Assembly (NCBI GenBank): GCA_018401645.1
Contig: JAGYKK010000006.1
Location: 24,437-88,436 of the forward strand
From: Mycobacterium sp.
GTDB taxonomy: Bacteria > Actinomycetota > Actinomycetes > Mycobacteriales > Mycobacteriaceae
Length of the DNA stretch: 64,000 nt
Direction: 5' to 3'
The position numbers and the translations under genes are program-made. Shown here piece after piece: positions 20,349 through 32,158 of the stretch; the stretch's first letter is position 1; each line of letters begins with the position of its first letter. The notes under the pieces are model-generated. The model searched no databases and had not been told where the DNA came from. It worked only from the letters and a program-made list of their open reading frames with translations.

Positions 20349-22511
20349 TCAGCCGCTCTTCCGCAGCACCAGCATGCTTCGACCGACCAGGGCGATCTTC
20401 TCACCCGCGGGAACGACGAGATCGGTGGCGCCGGTCGGATCGGCGGTGTCGAGCACCGCCGACCACTGCTGCGCATATTCCCCGTCGGGCGTGACGACGT
20501 CGACGGTCTCGTCATGAGCGTTGAAACACAGCAGAAATGAGTCGTCGACGACCCGTTGGCCGCGGCTGTCCGGTGCCGGGATGGCCGCGCCGTTGAGAAA
20601 TACCGTGACGCACTTTCCGAACCCGCTGTTCCAATCCGCCGGTGTCATCTCCTGGCCGGTCGGACTCAGCCATGCGATGTCGCGGGCTTGTTCGCCGCTG
20701 CGGATCGGCGTGCCTTCGAAGAAACGTCGCCGCCGAAACACCGGATGTTCGGTGCGCAGCGCGGTCGCCTTTCGGGTGAACTCGAGGAGGTCGGCGTTGG
20801 GCCCGGCCAGGCTCCAGTCCACCCAGGTGAGCGGCGAATCCTGGCAGTAGCCGTTGTTGTTGCCGTGCTGCGTCCGACCGATCTCGTCGCCGTGACTGAT
20901 CATCGGGGTGCCCTGGGAGACCATCATCGTGGCGATGATGTTGCGCATTTGACGGTGCCGCAGTGCCACGATCTGCGGATCGGCGGTAGGGCCCTCCACG
21001 CCGCAGTTCCACGACCGGTTGTGACTCTCGCCGTCGCGGTTGTGCTCCCCGTTGGCCTCGTTGTGTTTCTCGTTGTAGGACACCAGGTCGGCCAGTGGAA
21101 ATCCGTCATGACAGGTGACGAAGTTGATGCTGGCACCGGGCCGGCGCCCGGTGTCCTCGTAGAGATCTGACGAACCCGTCAGGCGGGAGGCGAACTCTCC
21201 CAGGGTGGCCGGCTGACCGCGCCAGTAGTCGCGCACGGTGTCTCGATACTTGCCGTTCCACTCCGTCCACAAGCCGGGGAAGTTACCCACCTGATAGCCG
21301 CCCTCGCCGATATCCCACGGTTCGGCGATCAGCTTGACCTGACTGATCACCGGATCCTGCTGCACCAGGTCGAAGAAGGCCGACAACCGGTCGACGTCGT
21401 AGAACTCCCTGGCCAGCGTGGAGGCCAGGTCGAACCGGAAACCGTCGACGTGCATCTCCAGAACCCAGTACCGCAGCGAGTCCATGATCAGCTGCAGGGT
21501 GTGTGGGTGACGCGCATTGAGGCTGTTCCCGGTTCCGGTGAAGTCTTTGTAGAGCCGCAGATCACCGTCGAGCAATCGGTAGTAGGCGGCGTTGTCGATG
21601 CCGCGAAAGTTGATGGTGGGGCCCAGGTGGTCGCCCTCAGCGGTGTGGTTGTAGACCACGTCGAGGATCACCTCGATTCCGGCCTCATGGAAGGCGCGAA
21701 CCATGGTCTTGAACTCGCCTACCTCGCCGTCGGTCCGACGACTTGCGGCGTACTCGCTGTGCGGGGCCAGGTATCCGAAAGTGTTGTATCCCCAGTAGTT
21801 TCGCAATCCGAGTTCGAGTAGCCGCTTGTCGTGCAAGAACTGGTGCACCGGCATGAGTTCGATCGCGGTCACGTTCAGCGACAGCAGATGTTCGATCACC
21901 ACCGGGTGGGCCAGGCCGGCATAGGTCCCGCGGATCTCCTCGGGGATGTCGGGATGGGTTTGCGTCATTCCCTTGACGTGGGCCTCATAAATGATCGTCT
22001 CGTGATACGGGGTGCGCGGAGAACGGTCGGAGCCCCATCCGAAGAACGGGTTGGTCACCACGCTGGTCATGGTGTGCCCCAGGGAGTCGATCATGGGGGG
22101 CGTGCCACCGGTGGCCGGGTCCACGGCGTCGAGGTCGTAGGAATACAGCGCCTGGGTGAAGTCGAACTCGCCATGGAATGACTTGCCATAGGGGTCCAAT
22201 AGCAACTTGCTGGCATCGCAGCGCTGGCCGGCGTCGGTGTTCCAGGGTCCGTGCACCCGAAACCCGTAGCGTTGCCCGGGCGTGATGGTCGGCAGGTAGG
22301 CGTGCCAGACGAAACCGTCGACCTCGTCGAGTTCGATACGGGTCTCGTGATCGTCGCCGTCGATGAGGCAGAGTTCGACTCGCTCGGCCACCTCGGAGAA
22401 CACCGAGAAGTTGGTTCCTGCTCCGTCGTAGGTGGCGCCGAGCGGATAGGCGGTGCCGGGCCAGACGGTGATCCGGGCGGGCGCCGAACTCGCGGGGTCG
22501 TTCAAGGCCAT
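20349..22511 (-). CDS. glgX: Glycogen debranching enzyme GlgX/TreX (GH13)
   Basis: YEAHVKG, NYWGYNT, DVVYNHTAEG, DGFRFDLA, IAEPWD, HDGF. Confidence 0.95.
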   Translation of the reverse strand: MALNDPASSAPARITVWPGTAYPLGATYDGAGTNFSVFSEVAERVELCLIDGDDHETRIELDEVDGFVWHAYLPTITPGQRYGFRVHGPWNTDAGQRCDASKLLLDPYGKSFHGEFDFTQALYSYDLDAVDPATGGTPPMIDSLGHTMTSVVTNPFFGWGSDRSPRTPYHETIIYEAHVKGMTQTHPDIPEEIRGTYAGLAHPVVIEHLLSLNVTAIELMPVHQFLHDKRLLELGLRNYWGYNTFGYLAPHSEYAASRRTDGEVGEFKTMVRAFHEAGIEVILDVVYNHTAEGDHLGPTINFRGIDNAAYYRLLDGDLRLYKDFTGTGNSLNARHPHTLQLIMDSLRYWVLEMHVDGFRFDLASTLAREFYDVDRLSAFFDLVQQDPVISQVKLIAEPWDIGEGGYQVGNFPGLWTEWNGKYRDTVRDYWRGQPATLGEFASRLTGSSDLYEDTGRRPGASINFVTCHDGFPLADLVSYNEKHNEANGEHNRDGESHNRSWNCGVEGPTADPQIVALRHRQMRNIIATMMVSQGTPMISHGDEIGRTQHGNNNGYCQDSPLTWVDWSLAGPNADLLEFTRKATALRTEHPVFRRRRFFEGTPIRSGEQARDIAWLSPTGQEMTPADWNSGFGKCVTVFLNGAAIPAPDSRGQRVVDDSFLLCFNAHDETVDVVTPDGEYAQQWSAVLDTADPTGATDLVVPAGEKIALVGRSMLVLRKSG

Positions 22512-22526
22512 CGGCCGAGCCTATGC

Positions 22527-24709
22527 CTATCGGGCCGGGGTCCACCATCCTGTGGCGGCGCCGATCTGGCGGCCGAGTTCCGGTGTCATGGTGCGCATGT
22601 AGGTCGCCGACAGGTGGTGTGAGTCGTGGTAGACGAGGACGTTGCCCTCGACGGCCCGGCAGTAGTCCAGCCGACACACGGCGTCGCTCATATCGAGGAC
22701 CTTCAGTGACGGGAACCGGTTAAGGAAGTCCAGCGTCTGGTTGCGTTCGGAGAGCACCCGGGTACGTTCGATCCCACAGGACACCGCGTTGCCGCCCTTG
22801 GCCAAGCAGTCGGCCGGACGGAACGGCTTGCCATTACGAACCAGCCACGGGGTGTCTCGCATCGCGAGAATCGGAATCTTGTTGTCCGTCAGCGTTTTCC
22901 ATATTCCTAGATAGGTGGCGGGCATGACGTCGCCGGGCTTGGTGTTCCACGGCCGCGTCGAGGTGGTGAAGACGTAGTCGGGACGGTCGGCGATGAGTCG
23001 GTCCATCACCCGCTCGTTCCACACCCGGCATTGCGGGTAGGGCCGATTGTCACCCATCACCAGCGGCATCTTCTCGGTGGTCAGCGGGCAGCCCATCTTC
23101 AGGTAGGTCACCACCTTGAAGTTGTGCTCGCTGCCCAGGATGTCCAAGGCGGTGATCCAGTGCTCTGCGTGCGATCCACCGGCAAGGGCGATCATGCGGG
23201 TGGCCGCGAGGTCGCCGTAGGTGCAGTTGATGATGCCGACGTTGTCGAAATCGCTGATGCAACCATCGGCGGTGGATTTCGGCAGGTCCCCGGAGGCCTC
23301 CAGCACGCCGGGCCGGAACCGCAGGGGCGGTACCGGGACGTCGTCAAGTAGTGCCTGGGCACCCGGATATCCGGTTGCCTCCAGCGTGGCCTGCTGCGCC
23401 TCGGCATCGGCGCGCTGCACGGATACGTGCTCGCGCCAACTGAAGGATGTGGCCGTCAGCGTGACCCCGAGCAGCACTACGGCGGTACCCGCGATGATGG
23501 TCGGCCGGCGAAACCGCTCGCGCCAGGGTCTGCTCGGCGCCGTGGCATCGGCGCGCCGGGCACGCAGCGGTTCCTCGACGAAGCGCATCGTGAGATAGGC
23601 CAGGACGCCGGAGATCAGCAGGATGGCCAGGCCGTCGGCGAACTGCGCATGCGCACCGCCGGTGTAGGCGAGCCAGAAGATCAGTAGCGGCCAATGCCAC
23701 AGGTAAAGCGAGTACGCCATCGAGCCCAGCGTGACCAGGGGGGCGGTCGCCAGTAAGCGGTTGGGCAGCGGTAGCCGGCCCCGCATCGACGGGTCGGTGG
23801 AACGGTTGGCCGCAGCGAGTATCAGCAGCACCGTCGCACCCACCGGTACCAGTGCCCAGGGCCCGGGAAACTCCGCGACCCCGTCGATCAGAGCGCCACA
23901 GGACAGCACCGCCAGTAGAGCCGCGGTGGCGACGAGCGTCCGCAGCCACATCGGCCACCCAACATAGGGCACCAGCGCGCCCGCGAGCACACCGAGCAGT
24001 AGTTCCCACCCCCGGGCGAAGCTGTTGTAGTACGCGGTTGCCTGATCGGTCTGGTGGGCGATGATCGCGTACCCGAACGATGCGACGGTCAAGACACCCA
24101 GCAGCCCGATGAACATCGGCCGCAGTCGGTTGCCGAGTGGTCGGCGCAACAGCGCGGCGAAGAGCAGCACCATGACCAGGAAGGCGAGGTAGAACTGGCC
24201 CTGCACCGACATCGACCAGATGTGCTGCAGCGGGGAGACCGTCTCGCCCGCGCGCAGATAATCTGATGCCGTGGCGGCCAGTTCCCAGTTCTGGTAGTAG
24301 CCCAGGCTTGCCAGGCTCTGATCGGCGAAGCTCTCCCAGCGGGTCTGGGGCTGCACCGCGACGGTGAGCACCGCGGCCGCGGGCCAGTTTTTCTGCTCGT
24401 AGTCGGCCTCGGCCCAGCAACTGAGCCAGGCGCGTGATGTGCCGCCACGGCGACAGCGAGGTACCGGGCGTCAGCGCGGTCCGCAGGAGCGAACTGCCGA
24501 AGAAGTAACCCGAGAGCACCAGAAACACGTCGACGCCGCCCGACACTCGGCCGAACCAGACGTGGAAGATCGCCACCAGCGCGATCGCGACACCGCGCAG
24601 GCCGTCGAGGTCGCGGCGATAGGCGACCGGCGGGGCCGGGGGGCCGGGCGATGCTGACTGTCACGATCGAGGCCGCTGCGGGCGGCCGGAACTGGGTCAG
24701 GGCGGTCAT
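22527..24709 (-). CDS. sucT: Acyltransferase-3/SGNH protein, SucT/Rv1565c-like (5' part frameshifted)
   Basis: [48 protein letters not shown]; between glgX and bioA as in other mycobacteria. Confidence 0.8.
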
Positions 24710-24793
24710 GGTCGTTCGTTAATCTACCCAATCGCGCGATGCCGCTCATCTGCAGCGGAGCGTCGGGCACCGGGGCCGATTAGGCTGCTCACC

Positions 24794-26086
24794 GTGTCGG
24801 CGTTGACCCCTGAGCAGATCAGCGCCATCGACGCCGCTCACGTGTGGCACCCCTACAGCGCGTTCGGTGCGGAGGTGACCGCGCCGGTGGTCGCGGTGGC
24901 CGCCGACGGTGTTTGGCTGACCGTGATCTCCGACGGCGCGCCGATCCGGGTGATCGATGCGATGGCGTCGTGGTGGACGGCGATCCACGGACACGGCCAC
25001 CCCGAACTCGATGCCGCGCTCTCACGTCAATTGCAGCTGATGAACCACGTCATGTTCGGCGGTCTCACCCATGAGCCGGCTGCCCGGCTGGCCGCGCTTT
25101 TGGTGGACATCACACCGGTGGGTTTGGACACCGTGTTCTTCTCCGACTCCGGTTCGGTGGGCGTCGAGGTCGCGGTGAAAATGGCGTTGCAGTACTGGCG
25201 CAGCGTTGGCCGGTTCGCCAAATGCCGGCTGATGACCTGGCGCGGCGGGTACCACGGCGACACGTTCGCTCCGATGAGTGTCTGTGACCCGGTCGGCGGC
25301 ATGCACTCGCTGTGGCGCGACGTGCTGGCCGAGCAGGTTTTCGCCGAGCCCGTGCCCGCCGCCTACGACCCCGATTACGTCGCCGCCTTTGCCGCTCAAT
25401 TGGCCGCGCACGCAGATGAGTTGGCGGCGGTCATCGTTGAGCCGGTCGTGCAGGGCGCCGGCGGGATGCGGTTTCATGACCCGAGGTACCTGACGGACCT
25501 CCGGGCGATCTGCGATCGTCATGACGTACTGCTCATCTTCGATGAGATCGCGACCGGCTTCGGCCGCACCGGGGAGATGTTCGCCGCCGATCACGCCGGC
25601 GTCAGCCCCGACATCATGTGCGTCGGCAAGGCGCTCACCGGTGGCTACCTGACCCTGGCGGCGACCCTGTGTACCCGGGAGATCGCCACGACGATCAGTG
25701 CCGGGGAGGCCGGCGCACTGATGCATGGGCCGACATTCATGGCCAATGCGCTGGCGTGCGCGGTGGCGGTGGCGTCGGTGGAACTGCTGTTGCGCCAGGA
25801 CTGGCGGGCCCGGGTCGCCGAGATCAGTGCGGGACTGACTGCCGGGCTCAAACCGGCACGGGCCCTGCCCGCGGTCACCGACGTGCGGGTGTGCGGCGCG
25901 ATCGGTGTCATCGAGACCCATCGACCCGTCGATATGCGGGTGGCCACCGCGGTGGGCCTCGAGCACGGCGTGTGGCTGCGGCCGTTCCGCAACCTCATCT
26001 ATGTGATGCCACCATTCATCTGCTCGACCGACGAGGTCGATCGGATCACCTCGGCCATGGTGGCGGTCGCGCGGGCCCTAGGGTAG
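24794..26086 (+). CDS. bioA: Adenosylmethionine-8-amino-7-oxononanoate transaminase
   Basis: [39 protein letters not shown]. Confidence 0.96.
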   Translation: MSALTPEQISAIDAAHVWHPYSAFGAEVTAPVVAVAADGVWLTVISDGAPIRVIDAMASWWTAIHGHGHPELDAALSRQLQLMNHVMFGGLTHEPAARLAALLVDITPVGLDTVFFSDSGSVGVEVAVKMALQYWRSVGRFAKCRLMTWRGGYHGDTFAPMSVCDPVGGMHSLWRDVLAEQVFAEPVPAAYDPDYVAAFAAQLAAHADELAAVIVEPVVQGAGGMRFHDPRYLTDLRAICDRHDVLLIFDEIATGFGRTGEMFAADHAGVSPDIMCVGKALTGGYLTLAATLCTREIATTISAGEAGALMHGPTFMANALACAVAVASVELLLRQDWRARVAEISAGLTAGLKPARALPAVTDVRVCGAIGVIETHRPVDMRVATAVGLEHGVWLRPFRNLIYVMPPFICSTDEVDRITSAMVAVARALG

Positions 26087-26092
26087 GAGGCG

Positions 26093-27280
26093 ATGACCTC
26101 CGGACCGTTTCCGCGCGACTCCCGTGTCGACACCTCGCCGCTGGCCTGGCTCGACTCCGTGGAGCGTCAGCGACGACTGGCCGGTCTGCGCCGTACGCTG
26201 CGGTCGCGGTCGGCGGTGGCCTGCGAGGTCGACCTCGCGTCGAACGACTATCTGGGTCTCTCGCAGCACCCCGAGGTGATCGAGGCAGGGGTGTGCGCCG
26301 TGCGCACCTGGGGCACCGGTTCGACCGGGTCGCGTCTGGTCACCGGAAACACCGAACTGCACGAGGAGTTCGAGGCCGAGCTCGCCGATTTCGTCGGGGT
26401 CCCCGCCGCGCTGGTGTTCTCCTCGGGATACACCGCAAACCTGGGCGCTGTGGTGAGCCTGTCGGGGCCCGGTTCACTCATAGTCTCCGATGCCGCCTCG
26501 CATGCCTCACTGGTCGACGCGTGCCGGTTGTCGAGGGCGCGGATCGTGGTGACACCGCATCGGGACGTCGACGCGGTCGAGGCCGCACTGGCGGGCCGTG
26601 ACGAGGACCGCGCGCTGGTCGTGACGGATTCGGTGTTCAGCACCGATGGCGCGCTGGCGCCACTGCGGCGTCTGCACGAGGTGTGCCGGACCCATCGCGC
26701 CGTGCTGCTCGTCGACGAGGCGCATGGTCTGGGCGTGCGGGGCACCGGTGGACGCGGCCTGCTGAACGAGCTGGGAATGGCGGGTGCGCCCGATGTGGTG
26801 ATGACGACGACGATGTCCAAGGCTCTCGGCAGTCAGGGTGGGGTGGTGCTGGCCTCCGAGGCGGTGCGCGACCATCTCATCGACAGCGCACGGCCGTTCA
26901 TCTTCGACACCGGGTTGGCGCCCTCAGCAGTCGGTGCGGCCCGCGCCGCGCTGCGCATACTCACCGATCAGCCGTGGCGACCGAAGGCCGTCCTGGCCCA
27001 TGCGCGCACCCTCGCCGAGGCGTGCGGGGTGTCCGGCACACTCGAATCGGCTGCACCCGAATCGGCGGTGGTATCGGTGATCCTCGGCCACCCGGATGCC
27101 GCCGTGCGAGCCACGAATGACTGCCTTGCGGCCGGCCTGCGGGTGGGGTGTTTCCGGCCCCCGGCTGTTGCTGCCGGAACCTCGCGGTTGCGGCTGACCG
27201 CCCGGGCATCGCTCACCGACGAGGAGATCGAGTTGGCCTGCACCGTGCTGACCGCGGTGCTCGGCACCGGGATGCGATGA
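26093..27280 (+). CDS. bioF: 8-amino-7-oxononanoate synthase
   Basis: [32 protein letters not shown]. Confidence 0.95.
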   Translation: MTSGPFPRDSRVDTSPLAWLDSVERQRRLAGLRRTLRSRSAVACEVDLASNDYLGLSQHPEVIEAGVCAVRTWGTGSTGSRLVTGNTELHEEFEAELADFVGVPAALVFSSGYTANLGAVVSLSGPGSLIVSDAASHASLVDACRLSRARIVVTPHRDVDAVEAALAGRDEDRALVVTDSVFSTDGALAPLRRLHEVCRTHRAVLLVDEAHGLGVRGTGGRGLLNELGMAGAPDVVMTTTMSKALGSQGGVVLASEAVRDHLIDSARPFIFDTGLAPSAVGAARAALRILTDQPWRPKAVLAHARTLAEACGVSGTLESAAPESAVVSVILGHPDAAVRATNDCLAAGLRVGCFRPPAVAAGTSRLRLTARASLTDEEIELACTVLTAVLGTGMR

Positions 27281-27966
27281 CGGTTCTCGTCATCACCGGG
27301 ACCGGAACCGGCGTGGGCAAGACCATCGCGACGGCCGCCCTGGCCAGTCACGCCCGTGGTTGCGGGGGCGACGTCGTGGTGTGTAAACCCGTGCAGACCG
27401 GTTCCGGGCCCGGTGCCCAGGGAGGGGACGACGATCTGGCGGAGATCGCCCGCCTGGCCGGAGTGCATGAGCTGGTTTCAGTGGCGCGCTACCCCGAGCC
27501 GCTGGCCCCGGTTGCGGCCGCCGCGGCCGCCGGGCTGCCGCTGCCCTCGGCCGAACAGCTCATCGCGGCGGTCCGCGGCGTTGACCGGCCGGGTCGGCTT
27601 ACCCTGGTGGAAGGCGCCGGGGGACTGCTGGTCGAGATCGCCGATGCGCACGTGACATTGCGGGATCTGGCCGTGGAGCTCGGCGCGGCGGTGTTGGTGG
27701 TCTGCGAAGCCGGACTGGGAACCCTTAACCACACGGCTCTGACGCTGGAAGCCCTTGCCGGTAGAGGGCTTTCGTGCGCCGGTTTGGTGATCGGGTCTTG
27801 GCCGAAGGCTCCGGGCGCCGCCGAGGAATTCAACCGCGGCGCGCTGGCGCGGCTCGCCGCGGTGCGCGCGGTACTGCCGGCGGGAGCGGCCGCCCTGACC
27901 CCCGATGGTTTCGCCAGGATGAGTGGGCACGCGTTCGACTCCGATTGGGTGGCCGGGCTCGCCTGA
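27277..27966 (+). CDS. bioD: Dethiobiotin synthase
   Basis: [30 protein letters not shown]. Confidence 0.95.
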   Translation: MTVLVITGTGTGVGKTIATAALASHARGCGGDVVVCKPVQTGSGPGAQGGDDDLAEIARLAGVHELVSVARYPEPLAPVAAAAAAGLPLPSAEQLIAAVRGVDRPGRLTLVEGAGGLLVEIADAHVTLRDLAVELGAAVLVVCEAGLGTLNHTALTLEALAGRGLSCAGLVIGSWPKAPGAAEEFNRGALARLAAVRAVLPAGAAALTPDGFARMSGHAFDSDWVAGLA

Positions 27967-28032
27967 CGCACCCGATCGAGTGCGCCCGCCTGCCTCGGGG
28001 ACAGACTCGGCCGGTGCACTAACCTGACCTGC

Positions 28033-29052
28033 GTGACACAGTCAGTCGGCCCAACCCTCCCGGATATCCTAATTCAGGCTCGCGATCAGGTGCTGGAGCG
28101 CGGCGAAGGACTGACCCGCGATCAGGTGCTCGCCGTCCTGCGAACACCCGATGACCAACTCGAAGCACTGCTGGGGCTGGCTCACGAGGTCCGGATGCGC
28201 TGGTGTGGGCCGGAGGTTGAGGTCGAGGGCATCATCAGCCTCAAGACCGGCGGCTGCCCGGAGGACTGTCACTTCTGCGCCCAGTCGGGTCTGTTCGCCT
28301 CGCCGGTGCGCAGTGCCTGGCTGGATATCCCAAGCCTGGTCGAGGCCGCCAAACAGACCGCCAAGTCCGGCGCTACCGAGTTCTGCATCGTCGCCGCGGT
28401 CCGCGGACCCGACGAGCGGCTACTGGCACAGGTCGCCGCCGGTATCGAGGCCATCCGCAACGAGGTCGACATCCACATCGCCTGCTCACTGGGCATGCTG
28501 ACCGCCGAGCAGGTGGATCGGCTCGTCGAGATGGGCGTGCACCGCTACAACCACAATCTGGAGACGGCGCGGTCCTTCTTCACCAACGTCGTCACCACCC
28601 ATACGTGGGAGGAACGCCGGGACACCTTGGCGATGGTCCGTGAGGCCGGTATCCAGGTGTGCTGCGGGGGCATCCTCGGGATGGGCGAGACCCTGGAACA
28701 GCGCGCCGAATTTGCCGCCGAGCTGGCCGAACTTGACCCGCACGAGGTGCCGCTGAACTTCCTCAACCCGCGCCCGGGAACCCCGTTCGGTGACCTCGAG
28801 GTGATGCCGGCCGCCGAGGCACTCCGAGCCGTGGCCGCGTTCCGCCTGGCACTGCCGCGCACCATGCTGCGCTTCGCCGGTGGCCGCGAGATCACCCTCG
28901 GGGACCTCGGGGCCAAGCGCGGCATCCTGGGCGGCATCAACGCGGTCATCGTGGGCAACTACCTGACCACCCTGGGCCGGCCGGCCGAGGCCGACCTCGA
29001 GTTGCTTGATGATCTGCAGATGCCGATCAAAGCGCTCAATGCCACCCTCTAG
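28033..29052 (+). CDS. bioB: Biotin synthase
   Basis: Radical [26 protein letters not shown]. Confidence 0.96.
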   Translation: MTQSVGPTLPDILIQARDQVLERGEGLTRDQVLAVLRTPDDQLEALLGLAHEVRMRWCGPEVEVEGIISLKTGGCPEDCHFCAQSGLFASPVRSAWLDIPSLVEAAKQTAKSGATEFCIVAAVRGPDERLLAQVAAGIEAIRNEVDIHIACSLGMLTAEQVDRLVEMGVHRYNHNLETARSFFTNVVTTHTWEERRDTLAMVREAGIQVCCGGILGMGETLEQRAEFAAELAELDPHEVPLNFLNPRPGTPFGDLEVMPAAEALRAVAAFRLALPRTMLRFAGGREITLGDLGAKRGILGGINAVIVGNYLTTLGRPAEADLELLDDLQMPIKALNATL

Positions 29053-29059
29053 GGCTCTG

Positions 29060-29287
29060 ATGGTCGAGGATCCACCGACACCGATCAGTGCGGGCGGCTA
29101 TGACGTCTACACCGGATCACCCCTCGGGGCTGACGTCCCGACGGCGGCGCGACTGGGTCTTGAGCCGCCGCGGTTCTGTGCGCAGTGCGCCCGGCGAATG
29201 GTGGTGCAGGTTCGCCCCGACGGCTGGTGGGCGCAATGCTCCCGCCATGGCCGAGTGGACTCCGCGGACGTGGAGGCCAAACGATGA
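29060..29287 (+). CDS. bsaP: Biotin synthase auxiliary protein BsaP (Rv1590-like)
   Basis: [31 protein letters not shown] immediately after bioB. Confidence 0.85.
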   Translation: MVEDPPTPISAGGYDVYTGSPLGADVPTAARLGLEPPRFCAQCARRMVVQVRPDGWWAQCSRHGRVDSADVEAKR

Positions 29288-29967
29288 CCCGTCCGGCGAT
29301 GATGATGGCGCCCCGACGCTCGAACCTGGCTGCGGCGGTGATTGTTGTTGTCGCGCTTGGGGTTTGTGGCGCACTTCTGGGAGGGCTGTGGTCCCTTATC
29401 GCCCCGCCGATTCACACGATCACCGCCTTGACCAGATCCGGGCAACAGGTGGAGGCCTTCCGCGGTACCGATGCCGACAACCTGTTCGTCGCCGCCGCCA
29501 TGCTGATCGGTCTGTTGAGCATGCTCGCGGTCCTCTCGTCGGTGCTGGTGTGGCAGTGGCGGGCGCATCGCGGCCCGGGGCTGGCCGCCGCGCTGTGGAT
29601 CGGTCAGATGCTCGCCGGAGTGACGGCGGCCGGCGTCGGCGCCGCCCTGGTGCACCAGCGTTACGGCACCCCGGACCGGCAAGGACTGAAGTTAAGTCCG
29701 CAAAACAGAGTGCACTACTTCACCGAGGCGCCACCGGTGTTCCTGGCCCAGAGCCCACTGCAGATTGCCGTGACACTGCTCCTGCCCGCCGCGTTGGCGG
29801 CGCTGGTCTACTCGCTGATGGCGGCGGCCGCGCCGCGCGATGACCTCGGTGCCTGGCCGGTCGAGGAACACCGGTGGCAACCGGCGGCCCAACCGGTGGG
29901 TCCGACTTCCCCCGCGATAGCGCCGACTTCCCCCGCGATAGCGCAGGATCAACTTCCTCAGCGATAG
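29284..29967 (+). CDS. DUF2567 membrane protein (Rv1591-like)
   Basis: [33 protein letters not shown]. Confidence 0.85.
   Translation: MTRPAMMMAPRRSNLAAAVIVVVALGVCGALLGGLWSLIAPPIHTITALTRSGQQVEAFRGTDADNLFVAAAMLIGLLSMLAVLSSVLVWQWRAHRGPGLAAALWIGQMLAGVTAAGVGAALVHQRYGTPDRQGLKLSPQNRVHYFTEAPPVFLAQSPLQIAVTLLLPAALAALVYSLMAAAAPRDDLGAWPVEEHRWQPAAQPVGPTSPAIAPTSPAIAQDQLPQR
29902..29944 (+). repeat. 21-bp tandem duplication (ccgacttcccccgcgatagcg) x2, encodes PTSPAIA
   Basis: Read directly from the sequence. Confidence 0.92.
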
Positions 29968-29974
29968 TGCCGAA

Positions 29975-30631
29975 TCAGAGGTAGCCGGCGAGCGTTTCGG
30001 CGTCGTCGGGGTAGCCGAGGCGAGCGGTGACGTCGACGAGTTTGGCCAGATGATGCTTGGGCACGCGGGCGAGTTCGCCAATCGGATAGCGCAGCTTCGG
30101 CGACTTGTAGGCATTGTGTTCGTTGTGCCACAGGCCCTTGCCGTCCCTGATGACCCGGTGACCGACGATGCTACCGAGTAGGTCGTCGTCGCAGGTTCGT
30201 TCGACCCGGAAGATCACCTCGGGATTCTCCTCGAGGCAGATGTCATACCAGTAGGCCAGCGACATCACGGCCCAGCCGAAGAAGTCGTAGATTCCGTTTC
30301 CGCCCTTCTGGTCGGTCGTCGCGAAGATGTCGATGCCGCGACGCTCCCAGATGACCTGGCTGCGGAACCCGATCGAGCGGATCTCTTGGTTCTCGGTGGC
30401 AACGGAATCCAGGGCGGCCAGCGGGGACCGGGCGACGAGGAAAAGCCTGGAGCCCGGCGGATAAACGGCAAGGGTCTGCCCCCAGGGCGCGGCATGGCGT
30501 TTGGCGACCTGCATCCAGGACACGATCCCGGCGGGGCCGACCTTCTCATGCAGTACCGGCGTCCCGTTCGCCGCGAGCAGGCTGGCCGCGAAGCCCGTTC
30601 CGCAGCGAGGATGCCCGAGGCCCACAATCAC
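29975..30631 (-). CDS. Hypothetical protein with sulfotransferase-like motifs
   Basis: 218 aa ORF; N-terminal IVGLGHPRCGTGFAASLL resembles the PAPS 5'-phosphosulfate loop and LVARSPLAALDS the 3'-phosphate motif. Confidence 0.55.
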   Translation of the reverse strand: MIVGLGHPRCGTGFAASLLAANGTPVLHEKVGPAGIVSWMQVAKRHAAPWGQTLAVYPPGSRLFLVARSPLAALDSVATENQEIRSIGFRSQVIWERRGIDIFATTDQKGGNGIYDFFGWAVMSLAYWYDICLEENPEVIFRVERTCDDDLLGSIVGHRVIRDGKGLWHNEHNAYKSPKLRYPIGELARVPKHHLAKLVDVTARLGYPDDAETLAGYL

Positions 30632-30646
30632 CTGGGCACCCTACCC

Positions 30647-30720
30647 GGGTCTGGTTGTCCTGGGTCTGGTTGTCCTGGGTCTGGTTGTCCTGGGTCTGGT
30701 TGTCCTGGGTCCGGTTATCC
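30647..30720. repeat. 15-bp tandem repeat (gggtctggttgtcct) x4 perfect plus 1 degenerate
   Basis: Read directly from the sequence. Confidence 0.95.
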
Positions 30721-30735
30721 CAGTGCGCCGACTCA

Positions 30736-32097
30736 TCAGAGCGGCCGCAGACCCACCCGCCCGCCAGCGGCGACCCGCGCGACGATGCCGCCCAGGCGCC
30801 ACATGCCCGCGTAGGTGATCGGGTTGAGCAGTGTCGGCCACTTGGTGCGGATCAGGTGGGCGTCGATGGGCCGATCGGCGAACCGGTCGGCCAGCCAACG
30901 CAATGTCATCGGTGCCGACATCGGGTGCAGCAGCATGTGCTCGCTGAACGAATCGCGGTGGTAGGTCACCTGGGCGCCACCTTGGGAGTACAGGTCGGCC
31001 AGGGCATCGATGTCTTCGACGGCGATCACCGAGTCGTGGACGGCCTGCACGATCAGCAGCGGTGGCGTCGGCACGGCCTTGCCGAGCCGAATGGCCTCGA
31101 ATACCTCCCGCACCTGCGGCAGATCGAGGACCTCGGTCAGCGGCGGGCGCACCCAGTCGTCCATGTCGGTCCGGAACAGCCGGATTATCGCCTCCACGGT
31201 GGTCATCCGCTCCAGCCCTCGAAGCTTCGCGCGGCCGACGTCGGTGGCGTGCTCCTCGATGATCCGGTCCAGATCCGGGAACGTCTTCGCCAGGGCCGAG
31301 ACCACCATCGCCGGCAGCGCCGACATGGCCGACCCGTTGAGTCTTAGAAAGGTGTTGCCCAGGTCGCCCACCGGCGAACCCAGCACCGCGCCGACGATGT
31401 TGAGCTCGGGGGCGTAGTCGGCGTGCGCCTCAGCGGCCCAGGCGCTGGCGAGTCCGCCGCCGGAGTACCCCCACAGGCCGACCTTGCTCCCCGGAGCGAG
31501 CCCGAATCGGTCGAAGCTCAACGCGGCGCGCAGGCCGTCTAGCACCCGATAGCCAGGCTCCATCGGCGCGCCCCACAGACCGTCCGGGCCCTCGTGGTCG
31601 GGTACTGAAACGACCCAGCCCTCGGCGAGCGCCGCCGCCATCAACAGGTATTCGAACTGCGGCAGTGATCCAAGTGCCCGGGCTCCGCGGCGCAGCGCGT
31701 AGGAGGGAAAGCAGCGCGACGAGATCGCGTCGATGGCGCACTGATAGGACACCATGTGGCGGGGTTGATTGGCGAAGTGCCCGGCTGGCACCAGCACCGT
31801 GGTGGCGCAGGCTTCGGGGTCGCCGTGGCGGTTGACCGTTCGGTAGAGCAACTGAGTCGCACGGACTCGTTGCGGGATCAGGCCTAGGAAGCCGAGTTCG
31901 ACGTCGCGCGACCTCAGCACCGTGCCGACCGCCGCGTGGCGGAACCCCGCGGGGGGCTCGTAGAACGGATCCTTCGCCGGGAGTACGGGGCGCTGGCCGC
32001 GCCGCAATTCCTCGTGGGGGGCGCAACCGATCCACTGGGGGCCGATCCTCTGGGGGCCGACAGACTGGGGGCCGACCACCCGGTGCGGGATTGTCAC
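30736..32097 (-). CDS. Secretory lipase family protein (Rv1592c-like)
   Basis: DPFY, SYQCAID, PDHEG, GYSGG nucleophile elbow. Confidence 0.9.
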   Translation of the reverse strand: MTIPHRVVGPQSVGPQRIGPQWIGCAPHEELRRGQRPVLPAKDPFYEPPAGFRHAAVGTVLRSRDVELGFLGLIPQRVRATQLLYRTVNRHGDPEACATTVLVPAGHFANQPRHMVSYQCAIDAISSRCFPSYALRRGARALGSLPQFEYLLMAAALAEGWVVSVPDHEGPDGLWGAPMEPGYRVLDGLRAALSFDRFGLAPGSKVGLWGYSGGGLASAWAAEAHADYAPELNIVGAVLGSPVGDLGNTFLRLNGSAMSALPAMVVSALAKTFPDLDRIIEEHATDVGRAKLRGLERMTTVEAIIRLFRTDMDDWVRPPLTEVLDLPQVREVFEAIRLGKAVPTPPLLIVQAVHDSVIAVEDIDALADLYSQGGAQVTYHRDSFSEHMLLHPMSAPMTLRWLADRFADRPIDAHLIRTKWPTLLNPITYAGMWRLGGIVARVAAGGRVGLRPL

Positions 32098-32158
32098 GTC
32101 GTCCCTTTCGTTCCGAGTAGATGACGTTACCTTCAGGGGGTTCTAAGAATCCAGTGCG

